In this document: positions 9,108-16,824 of the stretch, piece by piece
Layout of the letters: each line of letters begins with the position of its first letter
Position numbering within the stretch: the first letter of the stretch is position 1
Origin: Candidatus Palauibacter sp.
Lineage (GTDB): Bacteria > Gemmatimonadota > Gemmatimonadetes > Palauibacterales > Palauibacteraceae
NCBI RefSeq assembly: GCF_965237495.1
Contig: NZ_OZ250143.1
Coordinates: forward strand, 1,866,130-1,930,129
Length of the DNA: 64,000 nucleotides
Direction of reading: 5' to 3'
Position numbers and translations under genes: made by a program
Notes under the pieces: model-generated
What the model saw: the letters and a program-made list of their open reading frames with translations, nothing else
What the model was told of the DNA's origin: nothing
Database searches by the model: none

Positions 9108-10176
9108 ATGTTTACGAATCGGGACGGTTTCGGCGCATGGGCGAACTGCTGCGGGCCCCGGCGTCTTCCGCTTCACCGGCGCCAGCGGGTTCGGCCCCAA
9201 ACGGCGCATCGTTCGGAAGGGCGACCTCAAGTTCGTCCTGCTCAGACTTCTCTCCGACGAGCCCATGCACGGCTACGAACTCATGCGGCGGCTGGAGGAG
9301 GAGTCGGGCGGGCTCTATACCCCGAGCCCGGGCTCCGTCTACCCCACCCTGCAGCTGCTCGAGGATCAGGGATACGTGTCCTCGACCCAGGAGGACGGCA
9401 AGCGCGTCTATCGGCTCACGGCCGAGGGTCGCGCCTTTCTCGACGAACACGGCTCCAGAACGCGCGACATCTTCGGCCGTTTCGTGAACATGGGCGAACG
9501 GTTCACCGGGTCGGCAATGCGCGAGGTCACGCGCTCCTTCATCCACCTCGCCCAGGTCAGCTTCGAACGGGCGACGGGCGGGCAGGGTGATCCCGAGACC
9601 CTGGCGAGAGTCAAGGCGATTCTCGACCGCGCCGCCCGCGAAATCGAGACCGCGTGGCCGGAACCGAGTCCCGCAGCATCCCGGGAGGTCCGAATCATGC
9701 TCGAATTGGCATTCCTGGGGATCATCGTTTTGGCGTTCTACCGTCGCCTCACGCGGTCGCGGGGATGGAGCCGGGCTGATTTGTGGCGGGCCCTGACCAA
9801 ACTGGAACGACGGCTGCGACGCGGGGTCGTCCCCGGTCGGCAGGCGGGACCAGGCCTGATGGCGCAATGCGCGGCCGATTTGAAGAGCCTGGGAGAGGAT
9901 ATGTTTGGGGTTGTCAGCCCTGAAGCCCGCGCTCGACTCCGACGAAGCGTCCGGAACCGGACATCTCGGCCGGCGCGGGGCCGGGTACACCGGAGTGACG
10001 GAGCGATGTCAGACGCGTCAGACCCCGCGTTCGCCCGGCTCCAGCGCCGCTATCTCGATGGACGGATCAGCCTCGAGGAATATGTGGAGGCGGCCCGGAG
10101 ACTCCGCAGCGGGAGACCGCCGCGCTTAGCCCGGTCGGACAGAAGAGGACACGCCTCCGCCGGTCTTAGCGGTTAG
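9108..10176 (+). pseudogene. PadR-family regulator copy A, frameshifted after codon ~15 and fused in frame to the downstream SHOCT-domain membrane protein
   Basis: ATG 9108 reads MFTNRDGFGAWANCC then leaves the PadR frame (extra G in a G-run plus a 6-nt indel at ~9150-9185 relative to copy B); the wHTH ([26 protein letters not shown]) is readable only in frame +1 from ~9217; no stop separates PadR from the TM+SHOCT part (REVRIMLELAFLGIIV...RLQRRYLDGRISLEEYVEAARRL). It could also be a sequencing error. Confidence 0.55.
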
Positions 10177-10243
10177 AAAGCCACAGCTTGGGCGGAGCCC
10201 GAGAGCGGCTCCCCAACCTAGAAGCGCTACCCCGGAATTCGCT

Positions 10244-11560
10244 GTGCCTGAGGTCCCCGAAACTGTTATCGTAGGTTGGGCGATTCGATTCGGTTGTTCT
10301 TGGCGTTGTTCAAAGGAAGAGGAGCGGGAGGTGGGGGTAGCGAGGGGAGCTTTTTCTAAGACCGCAGTCAATCGACGAGAGATCCCGCAGGCGGTCCTAG
10401 ACATCACCAGACGCGCGCGGGCCAATCCCTTGCCGTGGCGAGGCCAGTTTTCTCCGCAACTCGTGGATGCGCTGCTCGGACGGTACTGGCCTAGCGGCAC
10501 TACGGTCCTCGATCCGTTCATGGGGAGCGGCACCGTCTTGCTGGAATCGGGGCTCGTCGGAGCGTCCGCTAGAGGTGCCGAGGTGAACCCGGGCGCTCTC
10601 TTGTTGGCCCGACTCTACACGCTGATCAACATCGAACCTCCGGCACGCACCACGCTGCTTACAGATCTCGATTCGCGTCTCCGAGATCACTTTGGCGACG
10701 TATCGCTATTCAAGTCTACTCCAGGACTTCCGCAAGACCTCCAGCACCTGTGCGATTTCCGAGCGACTCTGGAGTTGGACGAACAAACCACACTGCTGGA
10801 TGCAGCGATTATTCTTTCGGATTTTCCACGAACTGCTGAGCCGGTCGACTTTCTGAGGCACTGGACCAAGGTGCGGGATCTCGTCCAGAAGTTGCCATAC
10901 TCCAAAGCCCCCATCGAGACGTTCGCCGCGGATGCCCGGGATCTACCGTTACCGAATGATGATGTGGGCCTCGTGATCACGTCACCACCTTACATCAACG
11001 TCTTCAACTATCATCAGCAATACCGAGGGTCGGTCGAAGGACTAGGCTATGATGTCTTAGATGCCGCACGATCTGAAGTTGGTTCGAATCGCAAGCACCG
11101 TCAGAATCGCTTCTTAACGGTCATCCAATACATCTTGGACCTGTCTCTAGCCATGAAGGAGATGACTCGCGTCGCTGCCAACGGAACTCGACTCATCCTC
11201 GTCGTTGGTCGCGAATCCAATGTGCTTGGGACGCCATTCTTCAACGGCGCCATCATAGCAGAGATTGGAAGTAAGGTGCTTGGCCTACCAATTACGTTGC
11301 GGCAGGAGCGGGTGTTCACAAATCGTTTCGGAAAGAGAATCTTCGAAGACATCCTGCATTTCGAGAACAAGCAGGTAAGCGGAGACGTTCTGGGCTCGGC
11401 TCGTATCCTTGCAGCAGAGGTCCTAGCTTCGGCTGTCCGACGTAGTGAACCGGGGGTTCGCCGCTTGATCGACGGTGCAGGAAAACAGATATTAGAGGTT
11501 GATCCCTCCCCCCGTTTCACAGGCCGGGCGGGACTCCCGGCCTCACCCCAAGTTGGATAG
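10244..11560 (+). CDS. DNA amino-methyltransferase (N6-adenine or N4-cytosine), R-M modification subunit
   Basis: Motif I DPFMGSGT (~aa 90) and motif IV ITSPPY (~aa 245); motif order I then IV (alpha-like); a GTG at 10331 has a better RBS (GAGGAG) and may be the true start. Confidence 0.75.
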   Translation: MPEVPETVIVGWAIRFGCSWRCSKEEEREVGVARGAFSKTAVNRREIPQAVLDITRRARANPLPWRGQFSPQLVDALLGRYWPSGTTVLDPFMGSGTVLLESGLVGASARGAEVNPGALLLARLYTLINIEPPARTTLLTDLDSRLRDHFGDVSLFKSTPGLPQDLQHLCDFRATLELDEQTTLLDAAIILSDFPRTAEPVDFLRHWTKVRDLVQKLPYSKAPIETFAADARDLPLPNDDVGLVITSPPYINVFNYHQQYRGSVEGLGYDVLDAARSEVGSNRKHRQNRFLTVIQYILDLSLAMKEMTRVAANGTRLILVVGRESNVLGTPFFNGAIIAEIGSKVLGLPITLRQERVFTNRFGKRIFEDILHFENKQVSGDVLGSARILAAEVLASAVRRSEPGVRRLIDGAGKQILEVDPSPRFTGRAGLPASPQVG

Positions 11561-11568
11561 GGACCCAG

Positions 11569-12483
11569 ATGGCACTCCCCACTCCTCATGGCGACAAGCT
11601 TCGGGCCCTTGCAGACAACCCGAAGCTCCCAACCGAAGACAGCCCGCGTGTCGCAGATGCGATTGGACGCTATGACAAATGGATTGAAGAGCTTGAAGAC
11701 GTCGACAATGAGAGTGCTACCGTTGTGACGGAGTTGGTGACTTTGCTGTCCAACTACAAGATGTCGGTGGATCTTGATCTTGTATTCGATAGCCCCGCAG
11801 ACTTTCTATACAGGCAGAAAGGCCAGATCAAGCTTGACAACACGATCTTGGAGGAATTCCTACCCTGGCTAGTTTGGGCCGTATTTTCGAGAGATTTGAA
11901 CGACCTTGACGTTCACCTTGGTCCCGCAACTTGTTTTTCTGCTGTCCAATTTGTGTCAGAACTGAGAGCGCCTGCTCCCGGCGGAGGTATGAGGGTGAGA
12001 TCCAAGGATCAGGATTTTGCTATCGCCCGAAAGATCTACCTCCGTACGTCGCATGAGCCAACATTTGAAGCAGTAACGGACGCAGAGGCAGCCATCGCCT
12101 ATCTTGTCGCGGAAATCAAGACCAACCTTGACAAAACCATGTTCCAAGAAGCCGCAGCCACGGCGGCCGACGTTAAGCTCGCTGTACCTGGCGCCCGTTA
12201 TCTTCTTCTCTGCGAATGGCTCGATATGACACCCATCCGGACAGCCGGTACGGCCATCGATGAAGTAGTGATACTGCGCAAGAGCAAGCGGCTCTCGTCA
12301 TCAGTCCGGCAGCACTTCGCAAACGCCGAGGGACGCCGCGCTTCTCGAGCGGCGTTCGAAGAACACTTAGTCTCCAACCCCTTCTCTACAGACTCGTTCC
12401 AGCGTCTTCTCAAGCATGTGGGGCAGCTAATGGCTGACCCCAACCTAAGCGAGCGCGGGATTCTGGAACGCGGCTGGTTCTAG
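11569..12483 (+). CDS. putative Type II restriction endonuclease (family unassigned)
   Basis: 304-aa ORF 8 nt downstream of the MTase on the same strand, GC ~50%; possible PD-(D/E)xK-like residues (D...EIK near aa 150-180); called mainly from context. Confidence 0.4.
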   Translation: MALPTPHGDKLRALADNPKLPTEDSPRVADAIGRYDKWIEELEDVDNESATVVTELVTLLSNYKMSVDLDLVFDSPADFLYRQKGQIKLDNTILEEFLPWLVWAVFSRDLNDLDVHLGPATCFSAVQFVSELRAPAPGGGMRVRSKDQDFAIARKIYLRTSHEPTFEAVTDAEAAIAYLVAEIKTNLDKTMFQEAAATAADVKLAVPGARYLLLCEWLDMTPIRTAGTAIDEVVILRKSKRLSSSVRQHFANAEGRRASRAAFEEHLVSNPFSTDSFQRLLKHVGQLMADPNLSERGILERGWF

Positions 12484-13352
12484 CCTGAATCGGTCAAGCC
12501 GAGTTTCTCCGTGATACTCACTACCGGTGCCAGGGGCTCCGGGTGAAGCCTGACTCCGTCATCTCCTTGATCTGCGGCGCCAGGAATATGAGCGCGATCA
12601 GGTTCGGAATGGATGACGATGGCCAGGAACACGTCTCCCAGCGCCCACATCACAGCCAGCGGCAGGACGGCACCAATGAAGTGCATCGCGACGAACACGA
12701 GCTTGCACGGGATGATTCACGCGGCCCGAACAGGTAGTTCGCACAGCGGTCGCCGTAGTAGCTCCACGAGATCGCGGTGGAGATGGCGAACAGGAACACC
12801 GAGAAGATCACGATGTAGTGGCCCCAGTCGCCGAGCGGCGCAGTCCCCGCTGGAACCCCATCTGGGTCAGGGGCGCGCCCGTCTCGTAGGCCTGCCCGTA
12901 CAGCACCGTCAGCTCCCGCCCGTCGTCGGTGATCGCAACCCGCGCGCGCCGGGTCCACGGCGGCGCTGAACGGCTGGTCGTGCGCCTCATCCTCGAACAA
13001 CTGCGGCACCGAGACCTCGTGCCACGCTTACGTGCGGCTCGCTCGTCACGCCCGGCCGCCCCAGCGTGTAGCGGATCGTCCCCGTGGGATCGGTGGGCAC
13101 CGAGGAGCCGCCTTCGTCGAGGACGACGTAGCTCAGATCCCCGCCCTCAAGCGCGATCTCGGTGTCGACCTGTTCATTCCAGGCCCCGGTCATGATCACG
13201 ACGAGCTCAGTCATGGTCGCGATGAACGATCGTGTCGATGAACGGCTCGAGCAGCGCGACGACCCCATCGGAGACCGGCTCATCGGTCTTCCCCGCCGCG
13301 TGCGCGATCGGCGCCGAGCCCTGCCCCACCTCGCTCGAGAACAGTCCGCTGG
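12483..13352 (-). pseudogene. fragment of a Na+:alanine symporter gene (C-terminal ~half), broken by several frameshifts
   Basis: Pieces across three minus frames match the intact gene at 14839..15740: [40 protein letters not shown]; TGAWNEQVDTEIALEGGDLSYVVLDEGGSSVPTDPTGTIRYTLGRPGVTSEPHV; [16 protein letters not shown]...[35 protein letters not shown]; [25 protein letters not shown]. Confidence 0.75.
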
Positions 13353-13355
13353 GAG

Positions 13356-13586
13356 GTGTTCCCCTCGAACACGACCTACTTCGACTCGAAGGGCGAGCCG
13401 AGCCCCCACCGCTACATGCCAAACCTGCGCGTCCAGGACCTCGACGGGCTCGTCGCGTCGCTACGCGGAGGCGGCGTCTGGGTCGACCCGAACACGGAAG
13501 CCTGCGAGTACGGGAAGTTCGCCTGGATCGTCGACCCCACGGGCGCACGCGTCGAACTGTGGGAGCCCGCTCCCGCCGCGAGCTGA
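13356..13586 (+). pseudogene. detached duplicate of the VOC gene 3' end (76 codons)
   Basis: [76 protein letters not shown] matches the C-terminus of the VOC protein at 8760..8991; no N-terminal domain present. Confidence 0.7.
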
Positions 13587-13635
13587 CGCCTTCGCCGGCC
13601 CGCCCCCCCGCTTTCTCCTCCCGCGTTCTCGCCTC

Positions 13636-13677
13636 TTGACACATCGCGATATATCGAGATAGTGTTCCGATATATCG
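13636..13677 (+). promoter_or_regulatory. putative promoter plus paired palindromic PadR operator, copy B
   Basis: TTGACA (13636-41); CGATATATCG at 13647-56 and 13668-77 (centres 21 bp apart); GGAGG RBS; ATG 13715. Confidence 0.5.
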
Positions 13678-13714
13678 AGACACGTCGGCACGGTTAGCGT
13701 ACGGAGGACGAGCG

Positions 13715-14293
13715 ATGTTCACGAACCGAGACGGACTCGGCGCCTGGGCGAACTGCTGTGGCCCCGGCGTCTTCCGCTTCTCCGGAGGCTTCGGCCCCAA
13801 GCGGCGGATCGTTCGAAAGGGCGAACTGAAGTTCGTCCTCCTCCGGCTCCTCGCCGACGAGGCGATGCACGGCTACGAGCTGATGCGGCGGCTGGAGGAG
13901 GAGTCCGGCGGGCTCTATACGCCGAGCCCGGGCTCCGTATACCCCACCCTGCAATTGCTCGAAGACCAGGGCTACGTCTCCTCGACGCAGGAGGACGGCA
14001 AGCGCGTCTACCGGCTCACGTCCGAGGGCCACGCCTTCCTCGAGGAACACGGCTCCCGGACCCGCGACATCTTCGGCCGCTTGGTGAACATGGGCGAGCG
14101 TTTCACCGGGGCCGCGATGCGCGAGGTCACGCGCTCGTTCATCCACCTCGCCCAGGTGAGCTTCGAGCGGGCCACGGGCGGGCACGGCGATCCGGAAACT
14201 CTGGCGAGGGTAAAGGCAATCCTCGACCGTGCCGCCCGCGAGATCGAGACCGCGTGGCCGGAGCCCGGATCCGCCGTGACCCGGGAGGCGTGA
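13715..14293 (+). CDS. PadR-family transcriptional regulator (intact copy B)
   Basis: 192 aa; w[57 protein letters not shown]; GGAGG RBS. Confidence 0.85.
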   Translation: MFTNRDGLGAWANCCGPGVFRFSGGFGPKRRIVRKGELKFVLLRLLADEAMHGYELMRRLEEESGGLYTPSPGSVYPTLQLLEDQGYVSSTQEDGKRVYRLTSEGHAFLEEHGSRTRDIFGRLVNMGERFTGAAMREVTRSFIHLAQVSFERATGGHGDPETLARVKAILDRAAREIETAWPEPGSAVTREA

Positions 14294-14296
14294 GCC

Positions 14297-14758
14297 ATGT
14301 TTGAATTCGCGCTTCTGGGAGTGATCGCGGTATGGCTCTGCCGTCGCCAGGGCTGGGGTCGGGCCGACCTGCAACGAGCCCTCGGCAAGCTGGGGCGTGT
14401 GGGCCGGAGCGCCATCGCTACCACGCATCGAGCCTTGCCTGGCCTGCTCGCGCAGTGCGCGGCGGACATGAAGGGCCTCGTGGAGGACACCGCCCGGTTC
14501 CTGCCTTCGGGCGCGCGGGCTCGTCTCGAACGGCGCGCGCGGAAACCCTCGACCCGCTCCAACCGCGGTCTTGACCGGGCCCCCGTCCGCGACGGCGGCA
14601 GAGCCATCGCGACCGCGAGCCCGAGACCCGAAGACCGGGCCGTCGCCCGCCTCCAGCGCCACTATGTCGACGGCCGCATCAGCCTCGAGGAATACGTCGA
14701 GGGCGCCGGCAGGCTCCGGACGGGGAGTCCCCGGACCCTCGCCCGTCCGCCGCGGTAG
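14297..14758 (+). CDS. small membrane protein with C-terminal SHOCT domain, co-transcribed with PadR
   Basis: Starts 4 nt after the PadR stop; N-terminal TM helix MFEFALLGVIAVWLC; C-terminal ARLQRHYVDGRISLEEYVEGAGRL (SHOCT-like). Confidence 0.6.
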   Translation: MFEFALLGVIAVWLCRRQGWGRADLQRALGKLGRVGRSAIATTHRALPGLLAQCAADMKGLVEDTARFLPSGARARLERRARKPSTRSNRGLDRAPVRDGGRAIATASPRPEDRAVARLQRHYVDGRISLEEYVEGAGRLRTGSPRTLARPPR

Positions 14759-14838
14759 GCTGTCCCGGGAAGAGTCCGCCGACGCGACCGTCGCACGTCG
14801 GCAACGACGCCTCTGCCGGCGCTACATGACCGTACGAC

Positions 14839-16536
14839 CTACCGTCCGCGCTGACGCTGCCAAGGACTGCGAGTGAAGTAGGACTCCGTCATCTCCTTGA
14901 TCTTCGGCGTCAGGAAGATGAGCGCGATCAGGTTCGGGATGATGACGATGGCCAGGAACACGTCGCCCAGCGCCCACACCACGGCCAGCGGCAGAACCGC
15001 ACCGATGAAGTGCATCCCGACGAACACGAGCTTGTAGGGGATGATCGCGCGCTGCCCGAACAGGTAGTTCGCGCAGCGGTCGCCGTAGTAGCTCCAGGAG
15101 ATCGCCGTCGAGATCGCGAACAGGAACACCGAGAAGATCACGATGTAATGGCCCCAGTCGCCGAGCGGCTCGAGGCCCCTCCGGAACCCCATCTGCGTCA
15201 GCGGCGCGCCCGTCTCGTAGGCCTGCCCGTACAGCACCGCCAGCTCCCGCCCGTCGTCGGCGACCGCCACTTCACGCGCCGGGTCGACGGCGCCGCTGAA
15301 CGGCTGCGTGTGCGCCTCGTCCTCGAACAACTGCGAAACGGAAACCTCGTGCCACGCCACGTGCGGCTCGCTCGTCACGCCCGGCCGCCCCAGCGTGTAG
15401 CGGATCGTCCCGGTCGGGTCCGTGGGCACGGAGCTGCCGTCTTCGTCGAGCACCACATAGCTCAGATCCCCGCCCGCGAGTGCCATCTCGGTGTCGACCT
15501 GTTCGTTCCAGGCCCCGGTCATGATCACGACGAGCGCCGTCATGGTCACGATGACGATCGTGTCGATGAACGGCTCGAGCAGCGCGACGACCCCTTCGGA
15601 GACCGGCTCATCGGTCTTCGCCGCCGCGTGCGCGATCGGCGCCGAGCCCTGCCCCGCCTCGTTCGAGAACAGCCCGCGCCGCACGCCCCACATCAGCGTG
15701 ACGAGGAACGCGCCCACGCCGGTGCCGGCCACCCCGGCGGTCGGATTGAACGCCTCCCGGAAGATGAGCGCGAAGGTTCCCGGCACCTGGTCGAGGTTGA
15801 GGATGATGATGAGCATCGCGGCGCTCACGTAGAGGATCGCCATGGCCGGGGCGAGGATGCTCGTGACGCGGCCGATGCGCTTGATCCCGCCCAGGATCAC
15901 GAGCGCGACGAGCGTTGAGGTGGCGAGCCCGGTCATCCACTTGGCGATCCCGAATTCGGACAGCATCGCGTCCGCGACCGTGTTCGCCTGGTTGGCGTTC
16001 CCCGTGAGGAAGGCCGTCAGCCCCAGCATGACCGCGAAGAACGCCGCCACGGGCTTCCAGCGCGGACCGAGTCCCTTCTCGATGTAGTACATCGGTCCGC
16101 CGGACACCGTCCCGCTGTATTTCGCCGAGGATTCGTCGACCTCGCGGTACCTCTGCGCCAGCGTAACCTCGCTGAACTTCGTCGCCATGCCGAGGAAGGC
16201 CGTCATCCACATCCAGAACAGCGCCCCCGGCCCTCCGAGATGGATCGCGATCGCGGCGCCGGCGATGTTCCCGATCCCCACCGTGGCGCTGAGCGCGGTG
16301 GTCAGCGCCTGGAAGTGCGAAACGTCGCCCGGATCGTCCGGGTCGTCGTAGCGGCCGGTGGCGACCGCGACGCCGTGCGCGAACTTGCGGATCTGCGGCA
16401 GGCCCAGCTTCAGCGTGAGGTAGGTCCCGATGCCGAGGAGGAGCAGGACCTGAAGCGTCAGGCGCTCTCCAGCGATCGTGATCCCGAACTGCGCGATGTT
16501 CCGGTCGAGCCAGTCGACGATTGTGGCGAAGTCCAT
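14839..16536 (-). CDS. sodium:alanine (amino acid) symporter, AGCS family, with a ~115-aa hydrophilic insertion
   Basis: Start ATG (cat at 16534-36) gives MDFATIVDWLDRNIAQFGITIAGE...GIGNIAGAAIAIHLGGPGALFWMWMTAFLGMATKFSEV, the canonical AGCS N-terminus; 565 aa; the ORF-track N-terminal extension to 17874 is rejected. Confidence 0.85.
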   Translation of the reverse strand: MDFATIVDWLDRNIAQFGITIAGERLTLQVLLLLGIGTYLTLKLGLPQIRKFAHGVAVATGRYDDPDDPGDVSHFQALTTALSATVGIGNIAGAAIAIHLGGPGALFWMWMTAFLGMATKFSEVTLAQRYREVDESSAKYSGTVSGGPMYYIEKGLGPRWKPVAAFFAVMLGLTAFLTGNANQANTVADAMLSEFGIAKWMTGLATSTLVALVILGGIKRIGRVTSILAPAMAILYVSAAMLIIILNLDQVPGTFALIFREAFNPTAGVAGTGVGAFLVTLMWGVRRGLFSNEAGQGSAPIAHAAAKTDEPVSEGVVALLEPFIDTIVIVTMTALVVIMTGAWNEQVDTEMALAGGDLSYVVLDEDGSSVPTDPTGTIRYTLGRPGVTSEPHVAWHEVSVSQLFEDEAHTQPFSGAVDPAREVAVADDGRELAVLYGQAYETGAPLTQMGFRRGLEPLGDWGHYIVIFSVFLFAISTAISWSYYGDRCANYLFGQRAIIPYKLVFVGMHFIGAVLPLAVVWALGDVFLAIVIIPNLIALIFLTPKIKEMTESYFTRSPWQRQRGR

Positions 16537-16824
16537 GCGCTTTTCCTGTTGAGCTGCCGGTGGCAGGGAGTTGCGCTGAGTTTGGCCCCCGGCAGCCGGG
16601 GCTGCAACCGGGAGCGGTTCGCCGGTCCGCCGATGACGGGCCGGCCGGTACCTGCCGCGCCACCCCCGGATCGGTAAGTTCGTTCGCGCCAGCGGCGGCC
16701 CGGAGCCGGCGTCGCTCCAACACCCGGCCCCGAAACCACATCCGACACACCCACCGGAAGCACGCAAGGGGAGACGTGGGCCCAGACTTCGAGCCGATGA
16801 CGGTGACGCGATGACAGTGAGGCA

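Larger units (their letters stand above)
8755..10180. repeat. left copy (A) of the diverged long direct repeat: VOC 3' end - operator - PadR - SHOCT
   Basis: Co-linear with 13350..14770: VOC C-terminus VFPSDTTYFDSRGERSPHPFMLNLRVADLDG vs [31 protein letters not shown]; PadR bodies ~93% aa identical; same operator pair. Repeat ends are approximate. Confidence 0.7.
10180..12500. other. low-GC (~50-55% vs ~70%) horizontally acquired island carrying a restriction-modification gene pair; no integrase or transposase seen
   Basis: The GC drop is visible by eye (e.g. 11569..11900). The island lies exactly between SHOCT copy A and the symporter fragment, i.e. at the junction of the duplicated unit. 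Confidence 0.65.
13350..14770. repeat. right copy (B) of the diverged long direct repeat: VOC 3' fragment - operator - PadR - SHOCT
   Basis: See the left-copy entry; copy B has an intact PadR and a separate SHOCT ORF. Confidence 0.7.

Noticed and set aside
12480-13800. Four overlapping minus-strand ORFs (72-197 aa) as separate genes
   Set aside because: They are consecutive frames of one shattered symporter fragment homologous to 14839..15740
16537-16824. Possible glycine riboswitch in the 5' leader of the Na+:alanine symporter gene (a common arrangement)
   Set aside because: The reverse-complemented leader lacks the ACCGAAGGGGCAA / CUCAGGCAAAAGGAC aptamer cores; only generic GC-rich inverted repeats (GCTGCCGG..CCGGCAGC, GCAGCCGGGGCTGC) are present
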